IMG/VR virus record: IMGVR_UViG_3300032167_000116
Span: 45,785-65,784 of that record
Strand: one strand, 5' to 3'
Length of the DNA: 20,000 bases
Origin: an uncultured virus (IMG/VR IMGVR_UViG_3300032167_000116)
Lineage: Duplodnaviria > Heunggongvirae > Uroviricota > Caudoviricetes
Part shown: positions 7,886 to 15,655 of the stretch, piece after piece
How the letters are laid out: the number at the start of each line of letters is the position of its first letter
Position numbering within the stretch: the first letter of the stretch is position 1
The notes under the pieces: generated by a model
Seen by the model: the letters and a program-made list of their open reading frames with translations, nothing else
Told to the model about the DNA's origin: nothing
Databases searched by the model: none
Position numbers and translations under genes: made by a program

Positions 7886-8017
7886 CTTCTCTTTCATTTC
7901 TTTGTATTGATCACATTTCCCAATACAAAAACACTGTTTGATCTTGCACCACATCCGGGCCACACATGAAGAAGATGTCGGATGCAGTATCTTTTCAATC
8001 ATGTATTTACATTTCAT
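7868..8017 (-). CDS. Small Cys-rich hypothetical protein (49 aa; not in ORF track)
   Basis: MKCKYMIEKILHPTSSSCVARMWCKIKQCFCIGKCDQYKEMKEKKGSRK. Its ATG overlaps the MuF stop (ATGA) and it ends inside the terminator hairpin. Confidence 0.55.
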   Translation of the reverse strand: MKCKYMIEKILHPTSSSCVARMWCKIKQCFCIGKCDQYKEMKEKKGSRK

Positions 8018-9066
8018 TTTTCTAACCCTGCAATCCTTTCCTGTGCCTTCGTGTATTCTTCCGTGTTGCGATAATTATATATTTTGTCATACTGCCTTTT
8101 GAAATCATCATAGTTCTTCGCCTTCACCGGAATGATTTCATCCTTGTATTGCCGCAATGCATCAACGGAAATTCCAAGCTTCCCGGCAATCGGTTCAAGG
8201 TCTTCATCGGACATCCTGTCAGTATCACCGATATATTTTGTTTCTTCCTCTCCAAGCAACCACCTTGCCCTTGAATCACAACGGCATCTGCAATTGATGT
8301 CTTCAGAAGGTTCCCCGAATCCACCCGGTTCCATTGCTTCCATGCCATAGATTTCAAACGGTTCATCAAGTTCCCGGACCTGTCCATCAAGCAATCTGTG
8401 TGTATCTCTTGTTTTGCTATCAAGCGCAGCACTCCAAATCTTCACAATGTCTGCTCCCCGGTCCTTTGCATGGTGCTGTGCATTGGAAATGGCCTTATTT
8501 TGGATCCTGTGGCCTTCAGTCCTTGCAATACGCATTGCATTGTTCTTGCTGATGCCTGCATATCCGGAAAGGTTTCTTGCAATCTCTGAATACATTGCAT
8601 TGTTTGTGATTCCTCTGCTGATTTCAGAAGCAATCTTCTTGGAAAGTTCCTTGGTGTCCTTTCCAAGTGCCACATACAGTGACGATGACAGCTGTGTTTC
8701 ATGCTGAATTGCTGCCACAACCATTTCCTGATCAATCGGGAACACCAATGGAATGCCCTGCCCTTGTATATCATACAAAGTGCCGATGAATCCCTGTTCA
8801 TAGCACTTTGTGAGATATTCGGAAACAGATTCAAAGTTGTTGTTGTGCAGCTGCTCCAAGATTGTTTCAATCTGTGATTTCAATTGCTTCTGATACTCTG
8901 TTTGATAGATGACATGTTGAAGATCGGCATCCCCACGCATCTGAAGGATTGCAATTCTTGTTTCAACCTCTGCCAATGCATCCTGATAGTTTTCGGACAG
9001 CTTTTTCAAGATCTCCTTTTCACTATTCAGTGATACTTGAAGCATTTCCTTCTGTCTGCGGTTCAT
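8014..9066 (-). CDS. Minor head morphogenesis protein (SPP1 gp7 / Mu gpF, MuF)
   Basis: RIARTEGHR, KIWSAALDSKTRDTHRLLDGQ and INCRC motifs; follows the portal gene. Confidence 0.92.
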   Translation of the reverse strand: MNRRQKEMLQVSLNSEKEILKKLSENYQDALAEVETRIAILQMRGDADLQHVIYQTEYQKQLKSQIETILEQLHNNNFESVSEYLTKCYEQGFIGTLYDIQGQGIPLVFPIDQEMVVAAIQHETQLSSSLYVALGKDTKELSKKIASEISRGITNNAMYSEIARNLSGYAGISKNNAMRIARTEGHRIQNKAISNAQHHAKDRGADIVKIWSAALDSKTRDTHRLLDGQVRELDEPFEIYGMEAMEPGGFGEPSEDINCRCRCDSRARWLLGEEETKYIGDTDRMSDEDLEPIAGKLGISVDALRQYKDEIIPVKAKNYDDFKRQYDKIYNYRNTEEYTKAQERIAGLEK

Positions 9067-10513
9067 CTGTCATCACCCCATTCAAAGCACCCTGTGCAGC
9101 CTTCAGTTCATTTTCAGCTTCATCCGGATCCGGAAGCTTCCCTTTGATTTCTTCATAGTCAATGTCAAGCACATCACAGATATTCTGCATCAATGTTTCA
9201 TTGTCAAGCTTTGCCGCAAGGTTCAACAAAGTGGTGATTCTTGCCTGCTGCTCCTGTGCTTCCAATAATGCAATCTGTGCATTCTCCTGTGCATTGGACA
9301 TCACTTCATGTGCAAAGTTGAAATACACATCCTTCTGCTGATAATCAGTGCCATTGATGCTGTTGATTTCATCAAGGACGATCTTCAGGATCTTCCGGAA
9401 CATCTGCTTCAGCTTGATTTCCTTCTTGGTTGCCTTCAGGTCAAGAAGGGAATACATTGCCTTGATTGCAATGTTTGTGGTTGCAGCAGTGTCCTTCAGT
9501 CCGGACATGTTCAAACCGAATCCGAATCTGTAAATATTCTTTTCATCCAAGTTCAGTTTTGCTTCCCTTGCCTGATACGGAACATCTACTGTGTGGACCT
9601 CAACACCACCATTTTCATCAGTGCCGATGATCTTCTTGGTCTTCAAATTGGTCTGCAATTCATCAAGGTTGTCACCTTGGAATCCCTTCACAACATGAAT
9701 CGGTGTGTCAAAGTCAATCAGATTGTTTGAAAGGCTGCTTGCCATCAAATCATAGTCATCAATCAGATCCTTGATCGGTTTCAAGTCACTGAATCTCTTT
9801 TTGTTGTTATCCAACCTGAAGAACGGAATGAACCCGAATCCTTCAAAATAGGTGGAATCATCATTTTCCTTCTTCCATGTGGTGTGCGGCCTTGGATTGA
9901 TCTTCATGGAATCATCTTCAATGATCTTCCCATCAGATCCCATGACATAGAAATATGCCTGCTTATCATCCCACACTTGGATTCTTGTGATTTCCTTCTT
10001 GCCCTTGTCAATTCTATCAATATAGTGATAGATGACATATTCGCATCCGTCATCGGTGTCCTTCTCCCGGACCTCAATCACACCAAGGCTGTCAGCACAC
10101 TGAAAGGCAATCCGGTCTTCCGCATTCTTATATGCGTACAAATAGCCGAATCCCTTTGCACTGCTGTCAGTGAGTAATTCAGCCACTTCAGAAGCGAAAT
10201 CTTCATTGTTGTTGAAGTATATATCCAATTCTTCCTGAAGCTTCGGATCATCCGACTTGAACAGGCCATCATCCCCGGAAAGAATGTACTGCACCACCTG
10301 ATCAACCAATTCAGCAAAGAACGGATGTGAATTCCGGACATTTGCCCTTGTCGTGTCTTCCTGAATCTTTCCATCAGCATCATAATAGAACACCCGGTAT
10401 TGCTTGATGTCGTGTTCTCCTTCGTAGTATCTCTGACCGATCCTTGCAAACTTCTTATTGTCTGCACCCTTGTCTTCGTCAATAAACTGCTTTATTTCAT
10501 CAATCGAAAGCAT
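9023..10513 (-). CDS. Portal protein (SPP1 gp6-like)
   Basis: RYYEGEHDI, HPFFAELVDQ, FGFIPF and SDLKPIKDLIDDYD motifs. Start moved to ATG 10513 (RBS AGAAAGGGGTG). Confidence 0.93.
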   Translation of the reverse strand: MLSIDEIKQFIDEDKGADNKKFARIGQRYYEGEHDIKQYRVFYYDADGKIQEDTTRANVRNSHPFFAELVDQVVQYILSGDDGLFKSDDPKLQEELDIYFNNNEDFASEVAELLTDSSAKGFGYLYAYKNAEDRIAFQCADSLGVIEVREKDTDDGCEYVIYHYIDRIDKGKKEITRIQVWDDKQAYFYVMGSDGKIIEDDSMKINPRPHTTWKKENDDSTYFEGFGFIPFFRLDNNKKRFSDLKPIKDLIDDYDLMASSLSNNLIDFDTPIHVVKGFQGDNLDELQTNLKTKKIIGTDENGGVEVHTVDVPYQAREAKLNLDEKNIYRFGFGLNMSGLKDTAATTNIAIKAMYSLLDLKATKKEIKLKQMFRKILKIVLDEINSINGTDYQQKDVYFNFAHEVMSNAQENAQIALLEAQEQQARITTLLNLAAKLDNETLMQNICDVLDIDYEEIKGKLPDPDEAENELKAAQGALNGVMTDEPQTEGNASSITE

Positions 10514-10527
10514 CTTTACACCCCTTT

Positions 10528-10863
10528 CTATAAACAATCGGCATCCAAAAATGCCTTGAAAATTTTAGGTCCTTGTATTGCGAACCAATCTGTGATTGTT
10601 TCATCCTGCCCGAATGCTTCTGAAGTTCCGCTGTTGTTCCATATACCGGATTCATAGAAAAAAGCATGAATTATTTCATGCCTTAACACTTTCTTTCTAT
10701 ATTCCGTCAAATCAGAAAGACTATTTCTGCATGGTTCAAACTTCCTGATTTTGATTGTCTTGATACTTTGGTCCATGCAACCATCGGAATCTTCAGGCAT
10801 ATCTTCTTCCGGAACATCATATAAAATTGTATATTCCGTTCCTAAAACATCTAATACATCCAT
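10528..10863 (-). CDS. HExxH-motif (zincin-like) small protein between terL and portal
   Basis: KVLRHEIIHAFFYESG plus a downstream Glu (DETITDW). Start is ATG 10863 or 10881. Confidence 0.7.
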   Translation of the reverse strand: MDVLDVLGTEYTILYDVPEEDMPEDSDGCMDQSIKTIKIRKFEPCRNSLSDLTEYRKKVLRHEIIHAFFYESGIWNNSGTSEAFGQDETITDWFAIQGPKIFKAFLDADCL

Positions 10864-12086
10864 TTCTTCTGCTTTCTCCATCCTTCTATGACATAACGCA
10901 AGGCCGCCATTGCATCATCTTGGAATGCCACAGGTTCATCTAAATATTCCCCTGTTCGGTCATCCTTTTTCCATTTCCATTGCTGCAATTCCTTGATGGT
11001 ATTCACACAAGAAGGATGCACATATATTTTCCGCTGCTTCAGATACTCAATCTGTGCCTTCACGGATCCACCGGAACCACCCTTGTCAACACCTTTTGCC
11101 CGGTTATATCCACCCTTCTGCCACATCTTGATTCTGTCTGGTTCTGCCGAATCACACCACATCTGCTTGTTTCGTGGTATATCAGCAGCCTTTGCCATTT
11201 CAATCAGTTCTGAAGTGTCCTTTTCAAACTCATATATTTCCTTCGTGATATAGATGTCATCATCCTTGATTCCGCATGGAAGGATCGCATTCGCATGGTT
11301 GAAACCAAAGTCCTGACCGATTGCAAAATCATCATAATCGGCAGGATTCTGTGAGATCTCTTTCACTTCCCAATTGTGAAGGATCAATCCACCGATTTCA
11401 CCCCATTCACCAAGGCCATATATTTGATACCCTTCCGGATCCACAATCTTTCTTCGCTCCATGCGCTGCTTGTATGCATCATCAATGAAACGGTTCTGAA
11501 GATATGTGCTGTGATGACACAACACATTCGGATCCGGAATATCAAAAAAGACTTTCTTGATCCAGTGATTCTTGTTCACCGGATTGAAAGTCATTCTGAT
11601 CTGATAAAATTGCCCTTCCGGAAGTTCACCACGCAAACGGTCATCAATGATTTCCAAGTCTGCCTGCGTGAATTCCGTTGCTTCTTCCAACCAAACATCC
11701 GTCAGCTTCCCTTTTGGGAATGTGATTGACTTCAGCTTCTCCCTTTGCCTATCATCATTCATTCCCCGGAATATGATCTGATTTCCATTCGGAATGAATG
11801 TCAATGCCATTGGTGACTTGTTTACTCTCCAATACTTATCATATTGATCACCAAACATCTTGTATAAGGCACCTGTCAATTCAGCAAAGGTTGAATCCCT
11901 GTTGCTGATGTCTGATTTTCTCATTGCCACAAGGTTTCTTCCGGGATCCTGCATCAATCGCAGTATGTAATTCTGTGCAGTATCAACGGATTTTCCGGAT
12001 CCTGCTGATCCTTTCATGACAATATACCGCTTTTTGCTTCGGTCCACTTCCCGGAATCCGGGATTCATCTGAACTTTTATATTCAT
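10851..12086 (-). CDS. terL: Terminase large subunit, PBSX family
   Basis: Walker A GSAGSGKS, Walker B VWLEEATE, TFNP coupling motif, GQDFGF, CDSAEP and DDAMAALRY nuclease motifs. Confidence 0.95.
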   Translation of the reverse strand: MNIKVQMNPGFREVDRSKKRYIVMKGSAGSGKSVDTAQNYILRLMQDPGRNLVAMRKSDISNRDSTFAELTGALYKMFGDQYDKYWRVNKSPMALTFIPNGNQIIFRGMNDDRQREKLKSITFPKGKLTDVWLEEATEFTQADLEIIDDRLRGELPEGQFYQIRMTFNPVNKNHWIKKVFFDIPDPNVLCHHSTYLQNRFIDDAYKQRMERRKIVDPEGYQIYGLGEWGEIGGLILHNWEVKEISQNPADYDDFAIGQDFGFNHANAILPCGIKDDDIYITKEIYEFEKDTSELIEMAKAADIPRNKQMWCDSAEPDRIKMWQKGGYNRAKGVDKGGSGGSVKAQIEYLKQRKIYVHPSCVNTIKELQQWKWKKDDRTGEYLDEPVAFQDDAMAALRYVIEGWRKQKKWMY

Positions 12087-12529
12087 TCATCTTCATCCCC
12101 ATAATCAACACTGATGTTCAGGCTCATGTCCACATCAGCTTCAACCTTTTCTGTATACAGTCCATAACGCTTGCCAAGAAGTTCTGCCGCCTTCAATCTG
12201 TCCTTCTCTGAAGGTTCCTTCATGATCGTCCTTGCTTCAGAACATCCTTCCCCGGTTCCTTCCACCACAATTTCTGCGGATTTACTTTTGCCACGCAAAA
12301 CAGATGTCAAGTATTTCAGCACTTCATCCTGATCAGCAATCAATGCTTTTTCCTTTTCTGCCATCCGTTCTTCTATATATTCGCTGATATAAGGTTTTTT
12401 TAGGTTTTCATTTGCAATTACTGCCGCTGTCTTTACAGAATATCCTGCTCTTATAGCTGCTTGTGTGGCATTTAAGTCAATCAGATATTCATCACAGAAT
12501 CTTTGCTGTTTGGCTGTTAATTTAGCCAT
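12083..12529 (-). CDS. terS: Terminase small subunit
   Basis: KLTAKQQRFCDEYLIDLNATQAAIRAGYS and RLKAAELLGKRYGLY. Start moved to ATG 12529 (RBS AAAGGTGGTGA). Confidence 0.95.
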   Translation of the reverse strand: MAKLTAKQQRFCDEYLIDLNATQAAIRAGYSVKTAAVIANENLKKPYISEYIEERMAEKEKALIADQDEVLKYLTSVLRGKSKSAEIVVEGTGEGCSEARTIMKEPSEKDRLKAAELLGKRYGLYTEKVEADVDMSLNISVDYGDEDE

Positions 12530-12547
12530 CACAATCACCACCTTTGA

Positions 12548-12593
12548 AACAAAAAGGCCTTGAATGCAGGAGTATTGAGCATCATTCAAGGCC
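12548..12593 (-). terminator. Terminator-like hairpin in the late leader upstream of terS
   Basis: Perfect 11-bp inverted repeat GGCCTTGAATG/CATTCAAGGCC followed on the minus strand by TTTTTGTTT. Confidence 0.6.
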
Positions 12594-12600
12594 AAAGGAA

Positions 12601-12632
12601 AAGGTGCTGCCCTCACCCGAAGACAACACCTT
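12601..12632 (-). promoter_or_regulatory. 14-bp RNA hairpin near the start of the late leader
   Basis: AAGGTGTTGTCTTC-GGGT-GAGGGCAGCACCTT pairs fully only as minus-strand RNA, using three G-U pairs. Confidence 0.55.
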
Positions 12633-12653
12633 CATGAATCATTTTACATTTTA

Positions 12654-12717
12654 ATAATATCACAGGTTTTCAATCACATGTTATACAACATTTTGCAAAA
12701 AAGTCACAACGTATACA
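12654..12717 (-). promoter_or_regulatory. Putative activator-dependent late promoter
   Basis: Extended -10 TGTGATATTAT (12664-12654) with no consensus -35. Direct repeats TGTATA-N3-TGTGA-N-T at 12702-12717 and 12672-12687 flank the palindrome TTTTGCAAAA (12691-12700). Confidence 0.55.
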
Positions 12718-12721
12718 TTTT

Positions 12722-13183
12722 TTAACACTTTTTCTTCTTTGCATCATGCCTTTGTTCCTGTGCATATAGCATTGCATAATACTGACCGTAACTCATGCCA
12801 CTTGCCAATGCCTTGCTGTTCGCTTCGTGCAGCTGCTCTTTCTCTTTCTGCTTCTTTTCTTCCTGAAGCTTTTCCTGTCGTTTCTTCTCCCTATACTCCA
12901 CACCATACACCTTTTGCCTTTCAGCACTTGCCTTGATTCTGCATCCATCGTTGCAATACACTTTCGTTTCCTTGGTTGTCGTGAACTTCTTCCCACACCA
13001 CAAACAAAGTCTTTCATGCCGAACCACTTCCCCGGTCTTTTCCCTTTTTCTTCTCTCTCGCTTCCGCTTATTTTCCACAGTTATTGCACAATCCGGGGAA
13101 CAATACTTTTTGTTCAGATCTCCTTTTTGGTATTCGTTCACCCAAAATTCACTGCCGCAGTATGCACATATTTTCTTTGTCAT
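12722..13183 (-). CDS. Hypothetical protein with two CxxC...YCxxxC zinc-binding repeats
   Basis: CAYCGSEF...KYCSPDC and CLWCGKKF...VYCNDGC, basic coiled coils, and a GMSYGQY C-terminal motif. Confidence 0.75.
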   Translation of the reverse strand: MTKKICAYCGSEFWVNEYQKGDLNKKYCSPDCAITVENKRKRERRKREKTGEVVRHERLCLWCGKKFTTTKETKVYCNDGCRIKASAERQKVYGVEYREKKRQEKLQEEKKQKEKEQLHEANSKALASGMSYGQYYAMLYAQEQRHDAKKKKC

Positions 13184-13422
13184 CCCTGCTCCTTTCTGTT
13201 ATCAATCGGGGATTTCAGCCAATCAAAAATCAATTTTTCTCCAACTCCGTGACAAAACTGCTTCGTCAAAAACTCTGCCAATTCTACATCATTCATTGTC
13301 CGGATGCGGTCTGCGTTGGTTTCCTGCTCCCACATATCTGTTGCATTTCTTATACACTTGACACATGGATGTTCTTCAATACCATTCATCTTGTATTTGC
13401 AGTTATCGCATTCTCTCTCCAT
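13180..13422 (-). CDS. Hypothetical phage protein (CxxC..CxxC plus TNADRIRxM..ELAEFL motif)
   Basis: Start moved to ATG 13422 (RBS AGAAAGGAG); 80 aa. Confidence 0.75.
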   Translation of the reverse strand: MERECDNCKYKMNGIEEHPCVKCIRNATDMWEQETNADRIRTMNDVELAEFLTKQFCHGVGEKLIFDWLKSPIDNRKEQG

Positions 13423-13552
13423 CCTGCGCTCCTTTCTGACACCTTTCACACTTATCCTTAAACATGCAATCCTCACACTTCAACCACTTTTTCTTCTTTC
13501 GTTTCTGTGCCATGTAGTCAAAATATTGTACCAAGCAATATTTGAACATCAT
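13403..13552 (-). CDS. Small Cys-rich hypothetical protein (49 aa; not in ORF track)
   Basis: MMFKYCLVQYFDYMAQKRKKKKWLKCEDCMFKDKCERCQKGAQDGERMR; RBS GAGGGGGAG; ATGA overlap with the upstream ORF. Confidence 0.65.
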   Translation of the reverse strand: MMFKYCLVQYFDYMAQKRKKKKWLKCEDCMFKDKCERCQKGAQDGERMR

Positions 13553-13701
13553 TGCTCCCCCTCTAAACCCAAACTAGCCACCAATATACACCTACCATCC
13601 AAACCGTCATCAAGGAAGTACGGACATTTTGTGCATGGAATGTGCAGACAGCGTTTTTCAAACTCCTTACGTTTAAAATACTGCTTAATTTTTCGTATCA
13701 T
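13549..13701 (-). CDS. Small Cys-rich hypothetical protein (50 aa; not in ORF track)
   Basis: MIRKIKQYFKRKEFEKRCLHIPCTKCPYFLDDGLDGRCILVASLGLEGEQ; strong RBS GGAAAGGAG. Confidence 0.7.
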   Translation of the reverse strand: MIRKIKQYFKRKEFEKRCLHIPCTKCPYFLDDGLDGRCILVASLGLEGEQ

Positions 13702-13715
13702 GGTTGCTCCTTTCC

Positions 13716-13997
13716 TTAACTCCAATCAAGATGCTTCCCACAACCGCAAACACGATGGTAATACAAAACAATTCCGTGGCAAGTAGGACAGTGCCAATTC
13801 CCGATGTTGGGATTTGAATCATACGGCACATAATATGGCTTATTCGGCTTTGCCTTTTCCTTCAACTCTCGGAACTCGGAAACAGTGCCGATTGCTCTGT
13901 ACGATTCCAATTCTTCCAAAAGTCCCTTCTGCGCTTCCAACGTTTTTCCATAATGTCTGCCACCGCCAACAATTAGAACTTTAGGTTTCTTCGTCAT
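13716..13997 (-). CDS. Hypothetical protein with C-terminal zinc ribbon
   Basis: ELESYRAIGTVSEFREL, then WHCPTC...CGCGKHLDWS. Start at 13997 (ATGA overlap). Confidence 0.7.
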   Translation of the reverse strand: MTKKPKVLIVGGGRHYGKTLEAQKGLLEELESYRAIGTVSEFRELKEKAKPNKPYYVPYDSNPNIGNWHCPTCHGIVLYYHRVCGCGKHLDWS

Positions 13998-14227
13998 TCT
14001 GCACCGCCTTCCTCTACTATCCTGCAAGGAACATCATCATCAACCTTTTTAATATCGTTGTAATCAATGATGATTTCCGTTTTTTCGCTTTCATCACAAG
14101 AACAAATCCCACAAGCGCACCAATCCGGACGGATCTTGTCACATTGTTTCAGCAACTGTTTAAGTGTTATATCTTCCGGTGCTTCTGCTATAAAAGAAAT
14201 ATCACATCCATTCAAAATAAACTTCAT
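13994..14227 (-). CDS. Hypothetical Cys-rich protein (77 aa)
   Basis: RBS AGGAAGGAG; contains WCACGICSC; coupled to the next gene. Confidence 0.7.
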   Translation of the reverse strand: MKFILNGCDISFIAEAPEDITLKQLLKQCDKIRPDWCACGICSCDESEKTEIIIDYNDIKKVDDDVPCRIVEEGGAE

Positions 14228-14231
14228 TCTG

Positions 14232-14387
14232 TCACTCTCCTTCCTGCGGATCCTCTAATCTCTCCAATAGTTGCTCTCGCATTTCTCTGTCCTTTGCTTC
14301 GATCTCCCGAAGTCCGTTCTTAAACTCCTTTATGGTGATTTCTCCTGCTTTGTACTTCTGCTTCAAGGTTTCCCTGCTGTACTTCAT
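14232..14387 (-). CDS. Hypothetical protein (51 aa)
   Basis: MKYSRETLKQKYKAGEITIKEF...; start at 14387 overlaps the activator stop (ATGA); RBS GGAAGGTGA. Confidence 0.65.
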   Translation of the reverse strand: MKYSRETLKQKYKAGEITIKEFKNGLREIEAKDREMREQLLERLEDPQEGE

Positions 14388-14809
14388 TCCGTCACCTTCC
14401 TTTCCAAGATCTCCTGAACATGCTTCAATGCCCGGCCATGAACTGTTGTGGCCCATGAATATGATTTGTCCATCATGGCAGCAGCTTCATCAAGCGTTTT
14501 GAACTGTATGTATACCTTGTGCAGCACATCATATTCAGCAACCGGAAGCTTTTCAATGGTCCTGATGACATCCTTCTTGGTATCAATCAATTCATCTATG
14601 TATCTATCAATTTCTTCTTCCATTTCAATCAATCTGATCACTGCATCTTCCATCCTGCTTTTGTTCCCGGAAGACTGAACCCTTTCCTGTTCCGAAGAAC
14701 AGGATCCGGTTGACAGTGCAATTGATTTCCACTGACTTTTTTCTATCAGCTTGTTTTGAATCATTTTGTCAAGCTTGCTGACCTGCTGAAGATAGTCCTT
14801 TGCTTTCAT
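14384..14809 (-). CDS. ArpU/RinA-like (DUF1492-type) late transcriptional activator
   Basis: MKAKDYLQQ, ERVQSSG, and a sigma-region-4-like HTH at the C-terminus (VLHKVYIQFKTLDEAAAMMDKSYSWATTVHGRAL). Start at 14809 (RBS GAAAGGGG). Confidence 0.8.
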   Translation of the reverse strand: MKAKDYLQQVSKLDKMIQNKLIEKSQWKSIALSTGSCSSEQERVQSSGNKSRMEDAVIRLIEMEEEIDRYIDELIDTKKDVIRTIEKLPVAEYDVLHKVYIQFKTLDEAAAMMDKSYSWATTVHGRALKHVQEILERKVTE

Positions 14810-14874
14810 TGCTTTTCCCCTTTCCATATTTTTTCGCCAATCTTGCCTTCAGTCGATCCCTTCTTTCTTCAAAG

Positions 14875-15651
14875 TCAGGGATCACCATTCCCAAGCAACT
14901 GTTTCTCTAATGCATCCATGTCACCATAGTTGTGCTGTGGAATGTCGTTGAAGCTGTTCTTTTTGATCCAAGAAGGAACAGGTTCTGTTCTTCCGGTTGT
15001 TGCTTTCTTCAATGGGAATATACCCTGCCAACCGTTCACAATCGACTGATTCAGAATTTCAATCTGTTCAGGAATGGATCCTGACAGTTTGTTCAGTTTG
15101 CTAAGAAGAAGTGAAACGGCATTTTCCGTCATTGGTTTCTTGATACCTTTCCGATAATCAATAAAATCAATGATTGCTTTGTTCAGTTCGGGAACATCAG
15201 AATATATTATTTCTTTACATTCTTTTACCTTCTTAACATTCTTTATCTTCTTGTTTGTCGTCACTTGTCCGTCACTTGTCTGTCGGTTGTCCGTCACTTG
15301 AATGCTGTTTTGTCCGTCAGAAGTCTGATACAAATCCCATTTAAGCACTGTAATCAGTGAGTTTTTATTACTTGTCTGTCTGTCAATCTGTCCGTCACTT
15401 ATGAAGTCATTTAGTGTTCGCCTGACTTTACTTTCAGAAATAGACAACTGATTCCCTATGGAAATACAACCTGTGATCAACTGCCCCGGCTGCAACATTA
15501 TTTTCTTACCTTTGAACAACGCAGGATATTCCGCATGTGTGGCATTCAGCAATAAATACATCCATACCGCAAGATGGTCCGCATCCTTCATGACAATTGG
15601 ATTGTCAAGCAGCTTCCTATGAAGTTTTATCCATCCATTGTTGTCAGCCAT
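14875..15651 (-). CDS. Phage replication initiator / replisome organiser
   Basis: N-terminal GWIKLHRKLL...WMYLLLNA...GQLIT...LITVLKWDLYQ winged-helix-type region, repetitive linker, and C-terminal FIDYRK..KKPMT...NGWQGIF domain. Start at 15651. Confidence 0.85.
   Translation of the reverse strand: MADNNGWIKLHRKLLDNPIVMKDADHLAVWMYLLLNATHAEYPALFKGKKIMLQPGQLITGCISIGNQLSISESKVRRTLNDFISDGQIDRQTSNKNSLITVLKWDLYQTSDGQNSIQVTDNRQTSDGQVTTNKKIKNVKKVKECKEIIYSDVPELNKAIIDFIDYRKGIKKPMTENAVSLLLSKLNKLSGSIPEQIEILNQSIVNGWQGIFPLKKATTGRTEPVPSWIKKNSFNDIPQHNYGDMDALEKQLLGNGDP
15255..15398. repeat. Iteron array (probable replication origin) inside the initiator gene
   Basis: Consensus TTGTCCGTCAC, copies at 15255 (10-bp variant), 15265, 15276, 15287, 15310, 15372 and 15388; AT-rich tract adjacent at about 15200-15254. 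Confidence 0.75.
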
Positions 15652-15655
15652 AAAA

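Noticed and set aside
8014..8260. MuF polymorphic toxin domain
   Set aside because: The extension after NCRC is only about 90 aa, helical, and has no recognisable nuclease, ADP-ribosyltransferase or protease motif.
12530..12616. N-terminal extension of terS in the ORF track
   Set aside because: The family motif begins at MAKLT (12529) with a good RBS; the extension runs through leader hairpins.
15255..15398. CRISPR array or DGR repeat
   Set aside because: The units are 10-11 bp, adjacent, lack unique spacers and lie within a CDS. No cas or reverse transcriptase gene is present, so they fit iterons.
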